A stretch of 63,223 nt of DNA, the filler included, from Lenisia limosa (lineage: Eukaryota; Protista; Breviatea): the NCBI GenBank assembly GCA_001655205.1. It is 6 parts of 6 records of this genome, joined end to end, with 100 filler letters (N's around TTAATTAATTAA, not from the genome) between each part and the next. Parts side by side here need not be neighbours in the genome. Positions count along the whole stretch, not along the records: positions 58,272 to 62,094 come from LPNZ01004022.1; positions 62,195 to 63,223 come from LPNZ01000815.1; 4 more parts are not named here. One strand, 5' to 3'. Within the stretch, counting starts at the first letter, position 1. Each line of letters begins with the position of its first letter. This document shows positions 58,349-63,223 of this stretch, piece by piece. The position numbers were made by a program, and so were the translations under genes. The notes beneath the pieces were generated by a model. That model did not search any database, had not been told where the DNA came from, and was given only the letters and a program-made list of their open reading frames with translations.

Positions 58349-61300
58349 CCCATTATTGAGAGTTGGCTCGAGAAGCAGCCAAGCGACATGAAGGGCCGAC
58401 TTGGGGGGTGGGTTGGGCGTATTATATACTACATGCATATCATATATTATATTGAATTTTGTAAAAAAGAAATGATATGCATTTGAAATCTAGGAAATAA
58501 ATAAATACATAGGGATACCATTTGGGCTTCACTTCGGTTTCAAAAAAAAAGGCTGAATTTCTCGATAATTCTTCGATAAATATCGATATTTTATCAGTCT
58601 TTTTCGAACCGAAGTGAAGCCCTAGATACCATAAACAAATTACCAAACCCTTGCGCCATATATCTACCACATGATATATTGGAATGTGGTCCCTACAGAT
58701 TTCACACCGATCAAGTCAAATTCACCACCTTACAGATGGGTGAACGATCATGTTGGAAAGTGTCTGGACTGGCTGAGTTGCAACGGTGAATACGTCTTGC
58801 CATTCTCTACCCAGGTTGGGGGGGGGGTATGTTCATGTCTATTGTATATATCGATATATATAATTATATATATACATGTATATATAGAAGTATTTACAAC
58901 TACATATAGTCTCTATAGTATAATATCATACATATGATATATAATATATAATAGTATATAATATACTATATTGAGCTACCTAAACAGTGACCTGGATAAG
59001 TCTTGACCGATGTTCCTTGGGAAAACATAGCAAATCGGTCAAGTCTTATCCCGGTCACTGTATACATAACCTGTTCTCGTCTTCAAACGCTCGGAACACT
59101 AAAATTCGACCGCATTTTTCTATTGTTTTACCCTTTAGGGTGTGCTGTCAAATGCGTTGTCTCACCTCGTTGGAGTTACTAATAAAAGTGGGGGGGGGGG
59201 GNNNNNNNNNNNNNNNNNNNNNNNNNNNNNNNNNNNNNNNNNNNNNNNNNNNNNNNNNNNNNNNNNNNNTGCAACATATCAGTGAACCGTTCTCCCCTTA
59301 CGAATCAGCTGAATTTGTTGTCGCGTTGGCTCGTGGAATGACTGCGAACCTCCCTCCCGACATGCAGAAAGCTCTTGCAAAGGAAATATTCAGGTTTGAG
59401 CATCCCCACCCCCATGTTTTTTTATTTTTTATTTGTGTTTTTTTTAGATCCCAAATTTGCAGCTTTTCACGCAGTATTTCACCTAATCGTAGATGGAACA
59501 ACGAGCAGCCTCTCGACATCAACGAACCCCTCGACTGCTACTACTGCACCAAGGCCGGCGGGCTTAGGTCCTATAAAACTGAGATCTTGAGTGATCTGTC
59601 GGCTGACCATGTCCGCGAGGGCGCTGTCGTTCCCACACGGTGCGGGGAGGGGTATATTATAGATATATATACTACATGATATACATATATACGATATATA
59701 CGACTATATTTTATCATATACAATGAGATATCATATGTATGTACATATATATAGCAATGAGAAATAAAAATAAAAAAAAATAGGGATGTATCTGGCCTCA
59801 GCCGTCCACACCATCACGCTTAATTTGACCCCCCCCCCCCCCNNNNNNNNNNNNNNNNNNNNNNNNNNNNNNNNNNNNNNNNNNNNNNNNNNNNNNNNNN
59901 NNNNNNNNNNNNNNNNNNNNNNNNNNNNNNNNNNNNNNNNNNNNNNNNNNNNNNNNNNNNNNNNNNNNNNNNNNNNNNNNNNNNNNNNNNNNCTCGTCAA
60001 TGTCGTCACTCCCTGGATGGACACTCTATCCGCGATTATCCTAGTCGGGCCTGACGGTGCGGGCAAGGACCTTTTGGCACAGTACATGTTCGGAAGTGGG
60101 AGTGGGGTATTATTGTATTTATTGGGGTGTTTATACGATATATGCCGTGCCCCCACACACATCCATATATATTCTATATATATACAAATATGTACATATA
60201 TTACTAGTCTATTTTTCACAGCCACATACATATAAAATTTAGTAGATAATAGATACAATATAAAATAAATATCCAATGTAGTACACACATATATACATAC
60301 TATTCTATTCTATTGTATTTATTTTTTCACGCTCCCCCTCCAGACATTCGTCGAGTCCAAGTGGTGCCTGTGTATTGCTCCAGTGTAACCTCTGCTGATG
60401 ATGTCATTGCGCGCCTATCCGCTTCTGCCCTGTCGTTTAGCACGAAAGATGGTAGGACACTGAACTGAATTGTGCAAAATCAGCGGTTGTTGTTTTATTT
60501 TTACTGGACAAAAATGTTGATGGTGTCCCTAGGTTTTTTTTTTCTGAAATATAATATGATATTCTTGCTCTCTAAACACTTTTGTAACCCTTGGAGGGCC
60601 GGATAGATATTTAGGACCATATATCGGAAATTACCATAAACAGCTATCAATTCATAACATTTAACACATAAACCATAACACACCAATTCATACATGCATT
60701 GAATCATCTTAAGCCTTCGAGAGCCATAACCTTCCTTTTTAACCCCTTCAGGCCGGGTGTTCCGTCCTCGGGATGGGTCGGACCGACTCATTCTCTACAT
60801 CAAGGTTGGTTACAAGGTTCTTTGGTGTTGTTGATGGTGTCATTAGGTTGTTTATCTGTTTCATAAATTTTTCAATTTTACGTATGATGGTGCTGCTGAA
60901 GCGACTGGCCTGGGCTTTTTTTGCTTTGTTGTTATAAACCCTTGTGTGTTGTCAGCCAACAGAGTTGATTTTGGGCTTTTTTTTTTGTTTGTTTCATCAA
61001 CTCCCCCCAGGATCTGAATTTACCCCGTCCCGACAAGTACCGGACTACTCAGCTGGTTGCCTTCCTCCAACAAATCGTGACTTTCAATGGGTGGGGGGAT
61101 ATTCTCGCAATATATGCTTGCTCTTTTTACTCCCGCCACACCCCTCCTAAATTGCCTTATATTGGTCAAGGTCCTCTTTTTACTCCTTTTTGTTTTAGAA
61201 ATTTTCCAATTTTACTCCCCCCTGCCCCCCACCAGTCTTCTTACACGTCCCCACATATTTCCTATCAAAGATCCTGCTCTTTTTATTCCCGCTCACCCCG

Positions 61301-61843
61301 AATCAAAAACTGTATTTTACACCCTCGCAGCTTCTACGATAAGAACCTTGATTGGGTGGTGTGCGAGAGAATTCAAATAGTGTGTACAATGACACCGTCC
61401 ACTTCTGTAGGGCGCTACCCTGTTACTACAAGGTGAGCGGAACGTCGTGACTTTTTTGAGGTGTTTAACTTATTGCTTTAATTCTCATTCATCAATAATT
61501 GGAACAGCGTAGTATTATTGTATTATAGTCTTATAAAAAAGAAAGGAAAAAAAAACAAGAAAAAAAAACTTCACATTGACTATCTCAGGCTTACAAGTAT
61601 TTGCCGGGTATGTAGTGTGGACTACCCTTCGAAAGACCAGGTAAGCCCCGCATAATTCGCCTTCTCACACGTTCTTCACGCATTTCCAATGTAAGAACCT
61701 GCTGTTTTGACCTCCTCTTCCCTCGACAGCTCCAATCGGTGCTTTCCTCGTATCTCGAGGCCGTTCTTGCTCCTGCTTGTTCAGATAATCCGATTTTGTC
61801 TTCTCCGGCCAAGCGCCATTTATTAGCCGGAGCTATGACCGAT
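58349..61843 (+). CDS. DYNC2H1: Cytoplasmic dynein-2 (IFT dynein) heavy chain, internal fragment AAA2-AAA3
   Basis: IESWLEKQPSD, AEFVVALARGMTANL, IILVGPDGAGKD (Walker A), RVFRPRDGSDRLILYIKDLNLPRPDKY, LVAFLQQIVTFNGFYDKNLDWV..ERIQIV. These are colinear with recalled human DYNC2H1 segments. Confidence 0.88.
58522..58624. mobile_element. hAT-type MITE family A
   Basis: Perfect TSD gataccat. Confidence 0.9.
58985..59060. mobile_element. Tc1/mariner-type MITE family B
   Basis: Same TIRs; right flank TA. Confidence 0.8.
60850..61010 (+). repeat. Interspersed repeat family D forming intron 3' ends, representative copy. Others end at 1433, 5220, 8594, 10805, 19580 (-), 49451, 56035 and 57928
   Basis: Consensus CTGCTGAAGCGACTGGCCTGGGCTTTTT..CAACCCTTGTGTGTTGTCAGCCAACAGAGTTGATTTTGGG..GTTTCATAAATTTCCAATTTTACTCCCCCAG. 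Confidence 0.8.
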
Positions 61844-62213
61844 GTGGGGGGTATCCTTCAAAAGTGTTTTGATTTTGTGTTGAGAAAATCATACAATATG
61901 TCTATCATGTATGAATTAATGTTATACAACTATACTTCAATATCTCTTATTAACGTGATGGTGTGGACGGCTTCGGCCAGAAACAACCTTGTTTTTTTTA
62001 TTTGTCATTGCTAGATAAATCTATATCATATATCATATATCCCTATTCTGCCCTCCCCACAGCGTATCATAAGGCAACTCATCCCCCCCCCCCCNNNNNN
62101 NNNNNNNNNNNNNNNNNNNNNNNNNNNNNNNNNNNNNNTTAATTAATTAANNNNNNNNNNNNNNNNNNNNNNNNNNNNNNNNNNNNNNNNNNNNGCATTG
62201 GGGGGGGGGGGTT

Positions 62214-63223
62214 ATGAATTGTTTGAAAGTGTTCAGAGAAAATGGTGCCATGAGACTTCTTACGCAGCAGGTAAACCTTGAACAGTACCGCTCCCAGCTT
62301 GTTGAAAAGGGCTATCCCGTGGGCCAGATCATTGTCGGCCACGACGACAAGCTCCGATGGAACGGATGTTCCAAGTCCTCCGTGCCGTGCTTCCTCAGAT
62401 GCTTCGTTGACGTTCTTGGTTTGTTTCGGCAAGGGGATTAGAGGGGAGGGGTCAGTAACGGTTTCTTTGTGCTGTAATAATGGTGTAGGATATAATACAC
62501 CTCCCTGCTGCGCCGACCACATGCGTGAGCTCACCCACGATATCTGCGAGTGGGATGGATTTCTTTTTTTTTCTCAAGAACTGTTCCGTTTTTTTCCTCA
62601 GCCCCTCCTCTATGTATGTGCCTTTGGTGTTTTGTAATTGACGTTCAAACATTATCTTAAGTTACCCCATTCTAGCTTCTCCATTTACCCCCTCAGTGTT
62701 CTCTCACAACTTGACGTACCGCATTGGATTGACGGCGGTACTCTTCTCGGTGCCTGTCGCCACAACGGCGAGCTTATCCCGTATGCTGCTCCCCAGGGAT
62801 AATTCCAATAAACCGATCTAATGGTCTAATGGAGACAGCTATTTGTTTTTGTGAATAATCCGCTTTGACTGACCGTGTAGTTGGGACGATGACGTGGACA
62901 TCGGATACTACATTGACGACCCGACATTCAACCCTCGTGACCCTGAACACCCCATTATGGCACGCCTCAATGCAGCTTGTGAGGGGGTGGGTATAGAGTA
63001 AGAGTGAACATAACAGGCACCCTGGAGGCTTACAAGCTGTCTGTTCAATAATTTATTGCAAAAGATTGGATAGACTAATAATGATTAGTTTCATTAGGAT
63101 TGTATTTTAAACAATATTTTTGGTTTCATACATTTCCATTTTCCATCCTGGTTTAATGCCTCAGGCAAGGAGTTTGGTTACACTCTGTTCGTCTCTGATG
63201 GAGGACATATTCACATCATCTAT
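62214..63223 (+). CDS. FKRP/fukutin-like LicD-family nucleotidyltransferase, partial
   Basis: WNGCSKSSVPCF...YNTPPCCADHMREL...HWIDGGTLLGACRHNGELIP/WDDDVDIG, spliced across four exons. Confidence 0.85.

Noticed and set aside
59993-60095. Stand-alone P-loop kinase (GPDGAGKD)
   Set aside because: It is the AAA3 Walker A exon of dynein-2, colinear with the flanking exons.
1274-62652. Most ORFs in the supplied six-frame track, especially those spanning N runs
   Set aside because: They read through introns, repeats or gaps; real coding is in short spliced exons.
62690-62980. Bacterial LicD contaminant or recent horizontal transfer
   Set aside because: The motif is split by spliceosomal introns and carries the FKRP-type Cys loop.

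Overview
Intron-dense eukaryotic genomic DNA using the standard genetic code, with GT-AG introns and exons mostly 30-170 nt. It is probably from a protist; an amoebozoan-like or other flagellate-capable lineage is inferred, not proven. The window is six segments joined by five artificial 100-bp linkers (44 N + TTAATTAATTAA + 44 N), so gene adjacency across linkers is not evidence. Genes assembled by hand from spliced exons: MROH1 (+, 5' partial), ALG5 (-), PRIM2 (+, cut by a linker), kinesin-1 heavy chain (-), a Zn(II)2Cys6 transcription factor (+), an orphan membrane protein (-), an ankyrin/talin-F0F1-like/PH/CH protein (+, cut), a membrane class III cyclase with a degenerate catalytic domain (-, cut), an orphan protein (+), a fragment of IFT dynein-2 heavy chain DYNC2H1 (+), and an FKRP-like LicD nucleotidyltransferase (+). 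The introns carry the most unusual signal. Besides ordinary hAT-type (8-bp TSD) and Tc1/mariner-type (TA) MITEs, two non-palindromic repeat families are almost always in the sense orientation of the host gene. One of them (family D) ends at or just before the 3' splice-site AG in about 9 of 10 copies across unrelated genes, which suggests a decayed introner-like or acceptor-donating element. Introns also tend to start with G-runs and end with C-runs. Exon boundaries and protein identifications are by eye; no database search was run.
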